Shown: positions 1 through 16,262, numbered from the stretch's first letter. The stretch: 64,000 nucleotides of DNA from Eledone cirrhosa (GCA_964016885.1 OZ024750.1:26350001-26414000); one strand, 5' to 3'. Notes: a model not told the origin generated them from the letters alone. A program made the numbers and translations.

Positions 1-148
1 CAGTGGCAGGTTCTAAAGAATCAATCACGTGACACTGAGGTTAATCAGTTAGGAGCGGAGTGGTATTGTGACAAGAGCCTACTACTACCATGAATCAGCA
101 GTAAATTTTGGCAAGTTTTGCTCAACAAATAATTTGGAGATAAATATA

Positions 149-499
149 GAGAATTAGTATATTTACCAACATATGTGTACAGATGTTCACCTATGCTAGC
201 AAATATATGTTATGTCTTAGTACCTTTGTTGTTCTATGCAGTAAATATGGTTTTATAAATATAGTTTCCATTTATCATTATCTTGGAATATTTACTCCAT
301 TAATTTTTGAGTGTTCTATATCAGTTATAAACAGTAAGTAAGTTGATTTTTGATTTTTAAAATTTTCCTATTCTACGTATTTCATATAATTGTTCTGCAT
401 CCCCCTGCATAGAACCATAAAGGTACTAAGACATAACATATATATTTGCTAGCATAGGTGAACATCTGTGCACATATGTTGGTTAATATACTAATTCTA
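149..499. repeat. ~90-bp inverted repeat (149-241 / 407-499), probably a PLE terminal fragment
   Basis: The arms are reverse complements (gaattagtata...agtacctttg / aaaggtactaag...tatactaattc). A related sequence lies at ~33660-33772. Confidence 0.7.
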
Positions 500-1017
500 T
501 ATATATATATCATTATGGATATGTGTCTCATTCATGAATATTGATATTTACATTATAATACCTAATTCATAAAAATTGATAATTCAAATGGATGAGACAT
601 AATATATTTTAAATATATCATCTTTCTTTCTTTTTCTCCTCTACACTGGACGTGATTTATCTGTCGGCTATTTTAACTGTATCCCTTCCTTCCTTAACCT
701 CTCACTTGTACGAGGATCATCTGTCCCAAAGCTGCCTACTATATTTTTTTCACTTCCACAATATATTTCTCTCTCCCATATCTCCTTCTCTCTCTATCTC
801 GCTCTGTTGTTTTTCTTTACATACATCTCTTCATCTTCTTCTTTTTATCTTCGTTTTTCTTTTTCTTTCTTTTTCTTTTTCTTTTTCTTTTTCTTTTTCT
901 TCGTCTTTCTTTCTCTATAACTGTCCTCAACAGTTTCACTACAAAATCAACTTTTTAAATGGAAGTTTCATTATTCTAAGGTATGTCAAAATTATTTATA
1001 AAACAGCTTATATATTG

Positions 1018-1083
1018 TATTTTGTCTGAGGAAGGCATACCATATTTTCAATATGATATCCCAGAAATATATATAACGAAATA
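1018..1083 (+). ncRNA. Minimal type-I hammerhead ribozyme (PLE-associated)
   Basis: tattttgt-CTGAGGA-(ggcataccatatt ttc aatatgatatcc hairpin)-GAAA-TATATA-TA|acgaaata. Helix I pairs over 8 bp with one G.U. Confidence 0.75.
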
Positions 1084-1211
1084 AATATGGTTTTATAAAT
1101 ATAGTTTCCATTTGTTTAATATCGTAAACCTACTCCAAAAACTGTTGAGTGCTTTTATATCAGTTATAAAATATTTACTCGTTGTAACCCAACTATTTTA
1201 AATAAATCTTT

Positions 1212-1264
<53 letters not shown>

Positions 1265-1829
1265 ATACAACTGGTTTTTCCACATTATACATATTGTTAG
1301 CACCCCAAACACTTAAATTGGGTTTATATTTTAATATAACCTAATGTTTGTTGAGTGAGATGGTTACCAGTCAGAGTTTAGCTTTAAACTATCTCTGTTA
1401 TTGTATTAAATATTTACTCCTGAATGGCCAGAGGTGTTTATTTCCAGGTACCTTATGAATTTGACTTTCCGTATTTATTACTGTTGTGATATATTGTGGC
1501 TTTTTGGGGTTGTAACTTCTCTGTTTTTTAGCCTAGGAAAATATATATATATATGCCTACGTATATAATTACATGCATATATGTATTTATTTTCTTTTAT
1601 TAATTGAGTTCTTTACACGAGGAATTAATATTGGTTTTTAAATAACTAATTAACCCGCGTGTGTTTTATATTTTACTCTTAATAATTCGGCCGGAGAATT
1701 ATATTCCCATTTGCCCTTTATAGCATAACTTTCTGCATTTACTGCGGTTCTTATTCGGGTACAACTTCTGATTTAGCCTAAGAAAATATCTATATGCCTG
1801 TGTAATTTATACAAGCATATATTTATTTT

Positions 1830-2405
1830 TTTATTTTCAATTGAGTTCTTAAACACGTTGGATTGATAATGTTTTCAAAAAACTAATTAACCCGCGTGTA
1901 TATTATTATTTTTTTCTTTATTTCGTGGGTTGTCTCCCCTTCCCGCTTCGTGTCGCTATGATAATTCCTCAGTCAAAAACTGCTGGAAATTCAAATTTAG
2001 CGGTCATTCGAGGTGGGAGAGACCAACTTTACGGACATGATTTTTGACAGCGGTAAGAAATTGTTTTCTTATATCAATGTTTAATGGGCTTCCACTGATG
2101 ATTTATAAGTGCCCACCTAAATATATTCTTACATGAATATATATTAGGCTTCTACATAAACTGGAAACATTCTCCCAAACTTGTAGAAAACTTATGATGA
2201 AACAATTGTTTGGAAAGAGAGATATACTTTAACTTTAATTATATCTCATAAAATAATACAACTGGTTTTTCTACATTATACATATTGTTAGCACCCCAAA
2301 CACTTAAATTGGGTTTATATTTTAATATAACCTGTTTAATATAATGTTTGTTGAGTGAGATAGTTACCAGTCAGAGTTTAGCTTTAAACTATCTCTGTTA
2401 TTGTA
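1830..2405 (+). mobile_element. PLE terminal (pLTR-like) fragment
   Basis: A near-identical inverted copy lies at ~11365-11935. It contains an HHR, ends in (TA)n, and has a partial direct copy at ~1258-1405. Confidence 0.6.
2090..2215 (+). ncRNA. Hammerhead ribozyme with large branched helix II
   Basis: ttcca-CTGATGA-t ttataagt...acttatga t-GAAA-CAATTG-TT|tggaa. Two internal hairpins: cctaaatatattc/gaatatatattagg and ttctaca/tgtagaa. Confidence 0.75.
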
Positions 2406-2406
2406 T

Positions 2407-4721
<2,315 letters not shown>

Positions 4722-5135
4722 ATTTGTGTAATCTTGAGATTTATTACATAATCACACACAAGAAGAAACTGCTGAATAACAGAATTGAACGAACATTATT
4801 CTGCCGTCACAGAACTAAAACCCTTTTTTCCCTCTACAAGCCGAATATTACATAAAAGAGGGACATCCCCCAACTATATAAACCTTAATCTAGTTAGAAA
4901 AATATAAAAACAATCTCTTCTCAACATATATTAATAACCTTAAATTACCACACTAATAATGGAAAGATATGCTGATGAGAATAGGTGCAAATATGCGATA
5001 ATGAATGTGTCTAAAAACGTCCATAAGTATGTATATATATGTGAAAATGTATATAAATAAGTAAATATATATATATGTTTGATGTGTATAGTTAGATGTA
5101 AGTGTATTCATGTATTAAAGTGCTTATATATATAT

Positions 5136-5182
<47 letters not shown>

Positions 5183-5903
5183 ATGTATATATGTGTATAT
5201 AGATGTGTATGTATGTGTATGTGTGTACACATGGACTAGAGTATGTATGTATATATGTGTGTGTCTATACGTGTGTATATAAAGATAAGTTGAGTATGAA
5301 AATGTATACACATGAGCGCGTATGTATGTACATGAATACATGTGTGTATATATATGTGTATGCATGTGTATATATATGTAAGTATGAATATGTGAATTGT
5401 GAGTATATGTATTTTGTAAAGGTGTGCAAATATATTTGTGTGTGAATGCGTGGGTGAAAGGATACGTACACTTGAAAGAAAAATTTAAGTCTGAATGTTA
5501 ATTAAGTGCAAACACAAAACCAACCACGCATATCTTTACTATCTCTAATCCTTCTATAGATTTAGAAAAATAACCAATAATATATTCTATAAAAAATGTC
5601 AAAACAACAGATGGGAATCTAATTACTCACTGCCACCAAGAATTCTCACTGCTATCGAAAAACCACTCCTTCAACTATTCTTCTAACAACCTCACCCCTC
5701 CCTCCTAATATTCTCTATAAATACTAAATAGGTCCTCAGTAATATTATTCTGATGAAATGACAGTAAATAATAACATTGAAATATTGAATGTCTGCATAA
5801 CTAAAAGTTTGTAGATAGCAGCTGTTTTAGGTTATGTAACTGTTATAGAAACACGTGTCAATAAATTCCTTTCAACTAAACTGTATCCATTCAAATCTTT
5901 CTA
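4722..5903 (+). repeat. ~1.2-kb inverted copy of 2615-3800 (inverted PLE 3' repeat)
   Basis: Mirror-image ORFs appear in the track (3152-3400 vs 5108-5365; 3046-3252 vs 5265-5471), and both ends match by reverse complement. Confidence 0.9.
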
Positions 5904-6014
5904 TTTTTCTCCGGATTACTTTTGGAACTACAACTGGAACCGTCGAGCAAACTCTACGTGAGCTGATAATCTACTGTGTGTAATATTTATATTACAACAC
6001 AACGGAAAATACTG

Positions 6015-6785
<771 letters not shown>

Positions 6786-6921
6786 ATGTAGGTGTTATAT
6801 TTAATTTGTTGGAATTCCGACAAACATATATGTTTATAACTGATATAGAACACTCAAAAATTTACTGGAGTAAATATTCCAAGATAATGATAAATGGAAA
6901 CTATATTTATAAAACCATATT

Positions 6922-6986
6922 TACTTTATTATATAACTTTCAAGAGCGACCAAGCAATTCTTGGTGCGCTTTCATCAGATAAAATA
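6922..6986 (-). ncRNA. Minimal hammerhead ribozyme
   Basis: Reverse complement: tattttat-CTGATGA-aagcgcaccaag aattg cttggtcgctctt-GAAA-GTTATA-TA|ataaagta. Confidence 0.75.
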
Positions 6987-7581
6987 CAAAATTAGTTTTA
7001 TAAATAATGACATACCCATCGAAATCACACCTTATCGGTCCGAAATTCGCTGGATAGTGGAAACTTATTAGGGGTAATTCAAAGTTATGTGTGAATATGC
7101 AAATGAATGTATGAAAAAGTGAAAAAACAACCGTTTATTTCAATTACGCTGGGGGAGGATGAGAAGAAAGAGCGAAAAAATTACTGTTATGAGATATATA
7201 GAGAAATAGAGAGGAGAGAGAAATTTAACAGAGGATGAACTTATATAACGTAAATAAGTCTTAAGTTTATATTAAAATTACGTATATTTGGTAATTCTTT
7301 TGTTGTTAGAATTCTAATATAAAACAATATAATATATTAGTTTTATAGGTATAAATAAAAATAGATATATAGAAAAAATAGATATATAGAAAAATAATAG
7401 TAATTGCGAAATAAATAGAAATAGAAAATCAATAAAAACCTCTTACTACCAATTCGTCAGTTGGTAGTAAGAGGTTAAAGGTTCGATTTGCACTTGTAGT
7501 GCGAAAACCTTTCTTTGAGGCTGGCTTTTTTAACCACGAACTGGATCACAATAAGCAATTTTCTGCTTCCCTAACTATATA

Positions 7582-7647
<66 letters not shown>

Positions 7648-7648
<1 letters not shown>

Positions 7649-10600
7649 TTAAAAGTTAATATAGGGACGATATTTTATTTACGGTTGTTAAACACAACAA
7701 TATAGAACTAAATAGGGTAAAGAAAAATATAATTGAATTCTTTAAAAATTACGACCTTAAACTAGAGGTAGAAAGTGGTACCAAAATAGTTAATTTCCTT
7801 GATGTTACCTTTAACTTACACTCTGGGTTTTATTACCCTTTTCATAAGCCCAATGAAAACTTAAATTACGTTAATTATTACTCTAAACACCCTAAATCTG
7901 TGAAAAACGCAATTGTAAATATTGTACAAAAACGCATAAATAGAATATCTGCCAATAAATCAATATTTGATAAAAAAAGAACGATATTACAATGATGCGC
8001 TCAGAAAGACAGGTTATTAAAATAATATAGAATATATAGACAATAATAATCCGAGTCTTAATCCTGATAAAAATAATGGCATATATAAACGAAATTCTAA
8101 AAATTCTAATAATTGTAATTCAAACACCTGTACTGTGAATAAATCGGGGAAAAGAACCAGAACTAAATCAGTTATATGGTTTGCCCTCCCCCTCCCCTGA
8201 TTCTGAAGCAGTAAGAACACCAATTGCTAATCTATTTTTTAAAGCTTTAGATAGTTCATTCTCTAGTCAATATAAAAACCACTCCATATTTAATAGACAC
8301 ACAATTAAATTGTCTTATTCTACAACTATAAATATGGCCCAAATCATCGCTAAACTAAACAGTATAATTCTAAACCAAAATCAACATAATGCTATTAATA
8401 ATAGTGTTAATATAAATAATAATAAATCGAAATGTAATTGTAGAAATAAACCGGATTGCCCTCTGCAAAATAATTGTCTGGATAGAAATCTGGTGTATAA
8501 ATGCACCGTAAAAACAAATAACAACACATACAACTACATAGGAGCAACTTCTTCGACATTTAAATCGATATTTGCGAATCACAAATGCCCATTTTCGAAT
8601 TTTAATAGGAAGTCTTCGATTCTTTATCACAACTTATATGGTCATTAAAAGACAAAAATTTAAAATACTCGAAATTTTGGACGAAGCTTTGTAATAGTAA
8701 AATATATACGAACTCATTTATATCAATTAACTGCAACCTCTGTACAAAGGAGACCCTATTAATAATTACTAATTATGAAAACTTAACAAAAAAAGTGAAT
8801 TATTCTCAAACTACCTTCATAAAGCTTTGTCTACATTCCAAGCCTTGCAAAAAGTCAGGAAAAAACATTAAACAATCAGGCCTTAATTTTTGACGTCTCT
8901 TATCAACTATTGGGCCTAAAAAGTCATAACGGTCTATAAAACTTTAATAATGCTTTATGTTCTAATCATTTATGATAGAATTAATGTTAGAATGAACTAT
9001 ACTCTTTTGATAATCTTGTTTACTTGATAAATATGCATACCTTATGATTTTTTGGATATTTATAATTTTGATTAAGATCTTTATTTATCTGTCTCTGTTT
9101 TAAATATATACTTTGGATATTTAACTTGTAAATTTATTGATTGTAATTGAACTGTGGATCATTCATGCGTTTGCATATTTTACATATTTTACTCATTTTG
9201 AGTATGTTTTGGGGGACTCAGAAAGTCAGATTTGCATTTTTTTTTTTTTTAATATATATCTAGGTATAAATATAACAAACCACAATAGTCGACAAATATT
9301 TGTCTCTCCCTCCACTGAACTGGAGGTAAAACTACAATTATAGCATTACTAATAATGATTATAATTATTTTTGATTAAATGTATACCGTTTCATTAATAC
9401 ATATAATAATATCTCTATATAGTTGTACAAATATCTTTATCTAGTGTAATAACATACTCGTAGTTACATTTATAAATAATTTAGACACTCAAATGACTAT
9501 ATATTGTTAATATTCCCTGGAAGTTCGAATTTATATAATGATTTTTTACTTAATATAATATAATTTAATTTAAATTATTTTATTTTAATTAAATTTAGAT
9601 TACCTTCGGCTTTTTCCACATATTTAGCTCCTCTTTCTATCACATTCGCTAAAATATTTTAGATATATCTTTTGTCTACTATATTATAACTCTATTACAT
9701 TTATAATATATTTTTAATATTGGGCATCTTTAAATTTCGCAAACAATTCATTTTCTTTTATTTGTATATTTATTTTGTATCTTGGCCCTATCATTAGGAC
9801 TCATATATTTTTGACTTATATGTTTATAGTATATATCAACTAAATGAAAATAATTGATATAAAACATTAACTTTTTAGCAATATTTTTTAACAATATTTT
9901 TTAACTATATATATATTTGAACAATATTTTCAGTAACTTATTTACTATATTGTATTATTGTATTATATTATATATATTTGAAAGGTATCACCTCAATTAT
10001 AAACAAATAATAAATTATAATCCTTGTATATTTTTTGATCAACACATATATATAATTAAAATTCAGACTTCTTTAAGTTTAGTTATAAGGCCGGTTGATC
10101 CTTTAGGCACTCAAACTATTTAACAATAAATTCTTTAATAATTATAACTATAATTATTTTATAAATTATATTATATAAACTGTTGTCAATATTATAAATA
10201 ATTTTGGTAAATATTACCTTTGTGAGGGTATAAAAGCATTATATATTTTCTTTCTCGTGTTACGTAAATCCTTTAAATTTGTTTTCATACAATTTGAATC
10301 TTAGAGATTAAACAAAATTATAATATGAATACAAATACCTATTAACTTTTAAAACCTAAAATATTATTCATTACTCTGAAATAAATTAAATTAAATATTT
10401 TGAATATTAACCGCCAACTATATTAATTTGGATATATGTTGCATATATGGAAAACTGTATATAAAGTTGAACATAAATTACCCCCCTTTGTCTTTCTCTA
10501 CTTTAATCATCTTTCATCTGTTTTTCTAGTCACCTACTAAATATATTATCACAACAGCTGTTTCTTTCACTATGCTTTCCTTTCCCTCCTCTTTCTTCAG

Positions 10601-10906
10601 TAGTTTAAAAGAAAATATAACTGTTAGATTGATGCCATGTATTTTTTAAGCTGTATTACACGCACCCTCTCTATTGTTTGTATTATGATATCTCATGTTC
10701 TCAATATTAGGATATAAATATTGAGTTTTGTCATATGTTAATCACTACCATGACTGAATATTAACCATCTACTATGTCAGGGTATGTCATGCATCATCTT
10801 ATTTTATCTAACGAGGACGTACTGTTGAACTTAACTCAGTACCTCTGAAATATGTATAATAAAATATAATTGATCACAAGAATATCTATTTTGTTAATAT
10901 TTTTAA

Positions 10907-10910
<4 letters not shown>
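7648..10910 (+). mobile_element. Decayed Penelope-like element (RT thumb, GIY-YIG, long AT-rich 3' region)
   Basis: NFLDVTFNL...HKPNENLNYVNYYSKHP at ~7790-7900; ORF 8181-8648 has CNCRNKPDCPLQNNC..LVYKC..YIGATS. Frameshifted, flanked by (TA)n. Confidence 0.85.
10800..10866 (+). ncRNA. Degenerate hammerhead (core CTAACGA, G5A)
   Basis: tattttat-CTAACGA-g...gtactg...cagtacctct-GAAA-TATGTA-TA|ataaaata, at the 3' end of the PLE. Confidence 0.6.
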
Positions 10911-10956
<46 letters not shown>

Positions 10957-10994
10957 TTCAAAATATTAACAAAATAGATATTCTTGTGATCAAT

Positions 10995-11027
<33 letters not shown>

Positions 11028-11086
11028 ATATATAATATATATATATATAATATATAAGATCAAAAGATGGTTAAAAGAGTTCCATG

Positions 11087-11157
11087 TATTTTATTATGCG
11101 CATTTCAAAAACAAATATCATCATGCAATAACATTTGTGTTTTCATCAGATAAAATA
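11087..11157 (-). ncRNA. Minimal hammerhead ribozyme, intact core
   Basis: Reverse complement: tattttat-CTGATGA-aaacacaaatgttatt gcat gatgatatttgttttt-GAAA-TGCGCA-TA|ataaaata. Perfect 8-bp helix I and palindromic ATGCGCAT. Confidence 0.85.
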
Positions 11158-11298
11158 GGATATGTTGATTTAAAATTGCACTATCCACAAGTGTTTTTTA
11201 ACCTTCATATCATGTCTTCCTATTTTATCTGATGAAAACACAAATGTTATTGCACAAGTCCAGCCTCCTGTCATTTCATTATAATTATTATATATATA

Positions 11299-11363
<65 letters not shown>

Positions 11364-11545
11364 ATACAATAAAGGAGATAGTTTAAAGCTAAACTCTGAC
11401 TGGTATCCATCTCACTCAACAAACATTAGGTTATATATAAATATAAACCCAGTTTAAGTGTTTGGGGTGCTAACAATATGTATAATGTGGATAAACCAGT
11501 TGTATTATTTTATGAGATATAATTAAAGTTAAAATACATCTCTCT

Positions 11546-11670
11546 TTCCAAACAATTGTTTCATTATAAGTTTTCTACAAGTTGGGAGAATATTTCCAGT
11601 TTATGTAGAAGCCTAATATATATTCATATAAAAATATATTTAGGTGGGCGTTTATAAATCATCAGTGGAA
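11546..11670 (-). ncRNA. Hammerhead with large branched helix II (second copy of 2090-2215)
   Basis: Reverse complement: ttcca-CTGATGA-tttataa...cttataat-GAAA-CAATTG-TT|tggaa. Confidence 0.75.
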
Positions 11671-11942
11671 GCCCATTAAACTTTGATATAAGAAAGAAAT
11701 TCTTACCGCAGTCAAAAATCGTGTCTGTTAAGTTGCCCCTTCTCGCATCAAATGACCGCCAAATTTGAAATTCCAGCAGTTCTTGACTGAGAAAGTATCA
11801 TAGCGACACGAAGCGGGAAGGGGAGACAACTACGATCCACGAAAGGAGGAAAAAATAATAATATACACGCGGGTTAATTAGTCTTTTCGAAAACTTTATC
11901 AATCCAACGTGTTAAGAACTCAATTGAAAAAAAAAAAAAAAT

Positions 11943-12003
<61 letters not shown>

Positions 12004-12053
12004 TAATGAAATGACAGGAGGCTGGACTTGTGCAAATCCTTGAAAGGTTTCTT

Positions 12054-12108
12054 ATACTATGATTATTTCAAAGACCGGGTTCCGTATGAATCCGGTGATA
12101 TCAGGTAT
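12054..12108 (-). ncRNA. Degenerate hammerhead (core deletion), family of 14251-14308
   Basis: Reverse complement: atac-CTGATA..accggattcatacggaacccggt..-GAAA-TAATCA-TA|gtat. Confidence 0.5.
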
Positions 12109-12205
12109 TCGAAATATAATAAGTGAATGTAATAGATAAAATCCATGGGTCTGAAAATCAAAGACCCAAGGACGACCGCCATCCAGCATCTTCCACATTT
12201 GTCGG

Positions 12206-12304
<99 letters not shown>

Positions 12305-12449
12305 TTAGAGAGAGATAGATAGATATATACATACATATATATATAGGAACGAGTAGGTCCTACTCGTTCCTATTTCCCACTCTACTACCCTAAGTATTGA
12401 GTACTTTGGTGAGTTATGGTCCACCTGCTTCCTTAGTACATTTCTTACG

Positions 12450-12550
<101 letters not shown>

Positions 12551-12663
12551 AAGAATGAAGTTTTCATTATACTGACATGGCTATAAAATTGAGGGCTGTT
12601 TGCATAATTGCAAACGATTCGAATGTTATTATTAATTTTCGAAAAGCTCAAATTACATTTATA

Positions 12664-12749
<86 letters not shown>

Positions 12750-12887
12750 TATATAAATGTGATCTGAGTTTTTCGAATATTAATAACATTCTATTCACTT
12801 GCAATTATGGAAACAAGCCTCAATTTTATAGCCATGTCAGTAGAATGAACACTTCATTCTTGCTTCTGTGTTGGCATGCGAACAGAA

Positions 12888-12931
12888 CTGCAGACCCTAA
12901 TGTTTCTGGGTATCACCCTTCATCAGTACAG
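12888..12931 (-). ncRNA. Hammerhead ribozyme in the EGF-exon cassette
   Basis: Reverse complement: ctgta-CTGATGA-a gggt gat accc a-GAAA-cattagg-GTC|tgcag. Confidence 0.75.
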
Positions 12932-13259
12932 CTCACTATTCTCCTGCAAAACCATCAGAGCCAGTGAAAAGATATGCTATTTTCAAAAATACACAGTGAC
13001 TCATCGGCCTGATTTGCATATTAGCAGACTGGCTGATATATACCAATATATACACAACAAAGCCTGCAGCTCCATACTCCTTCGCAGTCTCCTCTCCCTC
13101 TCTCTATGTCCCTCTTTCAATCTACTCTCTTACAACTACTATCTCATTCTCTCTATCTTTCACTCTCTCTTGTGTGTGGGGGTGCAGGTGTGTATGTGCA
13201 TGTGTGTGTGTATGTGTGTAAATATGATGTTTAATATAGAAATCTCACATATATTTCAG

Positions 13260-13394
13260 AATGCCGAATAGGAATGTTTGATGTTAATTGTAATGGGACA
13301 TGCCATTGTATCAACAACACAAACTGCGACAAGCGAAATGGAAGATGTTCAGATGGATGTTCTGCAGGTTATACTGGTGACAAATGCCAAGAAG
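13260..13394 (+). CDS. Laminin-type EGF exon (MEGF10/SREC-like protein), phase 1-1
   Basis: tttcag acceptor, gtatat donor, 135 nt. Encodes ECRIGMFDVNCNGTCHCINNTNCDKRNGRCSDGCSAGYTGDKCQE (8 Cys). Confidence 0.9.
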
Positions 13395-13556
13395 GTATAT
13401 CATAAACTCGTTACATATTTACGATAATTACAAACACACATATATATATGTGTATGTGTGTGTTTGTGGGTGTTGCGGATGCGGGTGTGTATGTGCATGT
13501 GTTTGTGTGTGTGTGTAAATATGATGTTTAATATAGAAATCTTATATATATTTCAG

Positions 13557-13691
13557 AATGCCGAATAGGAAAGTTTGGTGTAAATTGTAATAGGACATGC
13601 CAGTGTATGAACAACAATTACTGTGATAGGCGAAATGGAAGATGTTCAGATGAATCTACTTCAGGTCATATTAGTAACAATTGCCCAGAAG
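13557..13691 (+). pseudogene. EGF pseudo-exon (donor GT>GG, 7th Cys lost)
   Basis: ECRIGKFGVNCNRTCQCMNNNYCDRRNGRCSDESTSGHISNNCPE followed by ggatat. Confidence 0.75.
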
Positions 13692-13723
13692 GGATATAAA
13701 AAAACATGTTACGTATTTACTCT

Positions 13724-13813
<90 letters not shown>

Positions 13814-14059
13814 ATGCACAAACTCACACACACATATATATTTTTTTTTGCGTGACTATGTGTGTGTGTGTGTGCATGTGTTTGTGTGTTTGATGTTTAA
13901 TATAGAAATCGCTTCTACTTGACTAGAATAGTATCATCCAAAGAAATTATCAGGAAATAGCTTTCCTGATGATTACGTTTGAATGAAATAATTCTAATAT
14001 TTCTAAATGTATATATATATATATATATATGTGTGTGTATATAATATATATATATTTAT

Positions 14060-16130
14060 TTAAGTTAGTTGGTTCACCACTGGATAGAACTGGTCATTCC
14101 GTCTGGTCCACCTCGATGTAATATTATGGTGAGCATTCGACGTAATGTAACTCAACTGTCTTCGTTTGTGTAGTTGGTGCTGCGAGTACGGGGTTAATTA
14201 TTATAGAATAACAGGAGGCTGGACTGGTGTAATTCCTTGAAAGGTTTATTATACTATGATCATTTCAATGACCGGGTTCAGTATGAATCCGGTGACATCA
14301 TCAGGTATTCAGAATATAACAAAGGAATATAATAGACAAAATCCATGGGGCTGAAAATCAGAGACATGAGGATGACCGAACATTCAGGCGCTTCTACCTC
14401 GGTGGACCGCCCCCAATTGTTTCTGTACAGATGAGAGACGTGTATTTACGCTTAAACAATGAATCAATCTGTTACAATTAATAATTAATTGTTTCTACTT
14501 TAGGCACAATGTCCGGTGTTACTACGTTAACATAGCAAATTGCATTACTAATGATTTAGAATAGTGATACTTTACTATTATGAGTGTGAATTGCAGCTGT
14601 TGAAAGATGTAGTGAACAATTAAGTTGATATAATAGACTTAAACATGCTTACGTTCAATTATAACATATCATATATAAACGCAAGCCTCTCCGAGATATT
14701 ACCATACCAAGCAAGTTAGAGGTGTAATATCTTAGACGGTTAACATAAGACCATACGTTAGGAAGAACGTCTGTAGACGCATAGCTTAAAAAATACGCAC
14801 GGGTGGGTATATTCATATATAAACATACGTACGTACGTGTTTGTACATCCTCCAATGCATATACTCGTAAATATACGCAGATACATTGGATAGGTGTACA
14901 TGCACACATGGTAATACGAGGTACGTAATTTAGTTAGTACTAGTCATAAGACACAAACCGTATTCACACGCCGTAGTGCATTTTGATAGAATTCTTTACA
15001 TTTCCGGAAATATTCGTTCCCCGACCATATCTTAAAGGAGGGGAAAATTGTGAATTTTCCCTTCCCACATGATGCGAAGTGTTCACTGCATGTGGTGTTT
15101 CTGACAGAGGGATCTCTAATTTATTTTTTATGGACCCGAACACTATCATGCAGACCCGTTCTCAAATGTAGTATTCTTCAAGGTGTGGGCAGGTCACACA
15201 ATAAATTAAGGTTTTTGTTTTGCAATTCACGCTTGCCTTAAATTTGAAAATGTTATTGTTTCAAGAGGAGATTTGCCCTCTCTCTTCAATGAATGAACAA
15301 GTACCGTATCAAGGGTTCCCGCATTTCTTAACTTGCATTGATTCATTGTCAGATGTAAATTTCGCCTTAATAAACAGTATTTTTAAAGTTAGGTGCTTGG
15401 CGTCTACTATATAGTATTTGTGAGTCTTTTATGAGTGCTTTCATTTTGGAGGACTGCTTGAGAATCGGGAGATATTGTGTAGAGTCTTTCATGATGTTGA
15501 AGTTCCATGGATTGTAAGTGACGATGAAAGGGATAACTGCTTTTTCCCTTTTATTTTGTATATTTATTTTCCCTCAGTTTTGTCACTGGGCTATTCTGGG
15601 CCTTGGAGATGGTCGTATTGATGAAGCTCACTCGATAGTCTATTAAGGAGCTCTTTTAGTTCATATAATCCTTTTTTCTATAGTGTGGTTTGTGTTTCTA
15701 TGGTGCAATGCGTTTTGTCATATTATAGGGAATGTACCTTTTGGTATGTGAGTGGTGTGCTGACCGGAAATCCAAGTACTGGTGTGTGTCTGTTCGTTTT
15801 TAAAATAGGTCTGTTTTTATATTTTCCCCTTCTTTAATGATAGTGATATCCCAAAACAGTCGTTCCTTTTTATTTCAATCCATGGTAAATAGTCTTGCTT
15901 CGTGAAGCCTGTTTATGATGGAATGGAATCTTTGTAGGTTTCCTTGGCTTCTATTAAAGAAGATGAAGCAGTCGTCTAGGTAACATTTCCAGTTGTTATT
16001 AATGTAGGTCGCAAAGTCGTGACTGAAAGCTTCTTGCAGCTGGTAATATAATTTTACCTCTAGGTGTCCCAAGACGAATGTTGCATATGTTGGGGCTACG
16101 TTGGTGCCCATGGCTGTTTCGTTTGTGTAT
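14060..16130 (-). mobile_element. Decayed Penelope-like element
   Basis: MGTNVAPTYA...WKCYLDDCFIF (PLE RT motifs); paralog has IPFIVTYNP and SRRQAPN; HHR near the 3' end. Confidence 0.85.
14251..14308 (-). ncRNA. Minimal hammerhead ribozyme, intact core
   Basis: Reverse complement: atac-CTGATGA-tgtcaccggattca tac tgaacccggtcatt-GAAA-TGATCA-TA|gtat; palindromic ATGATCAT. Confidence 0.75.
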
Positions 16131-16193
16131 GTATGTATATATATATTCCTGCGATTGTCTGTTTTTTCTTTTTTGTTTTCTGTTATTCCGAAC

Positions 16194-16262
<69 letters not shown>

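Noticed and set aside
4972-5020. CTGATGA box
   Set aside because: No helix II or GAAA partner found.
5742-5795. CTGATGA-aatg...catt-GAAA (also mirrored at ~2725-2775)
   Set aside because: Helix I only pairs if the cleavage base is G, and the pairing is weak.
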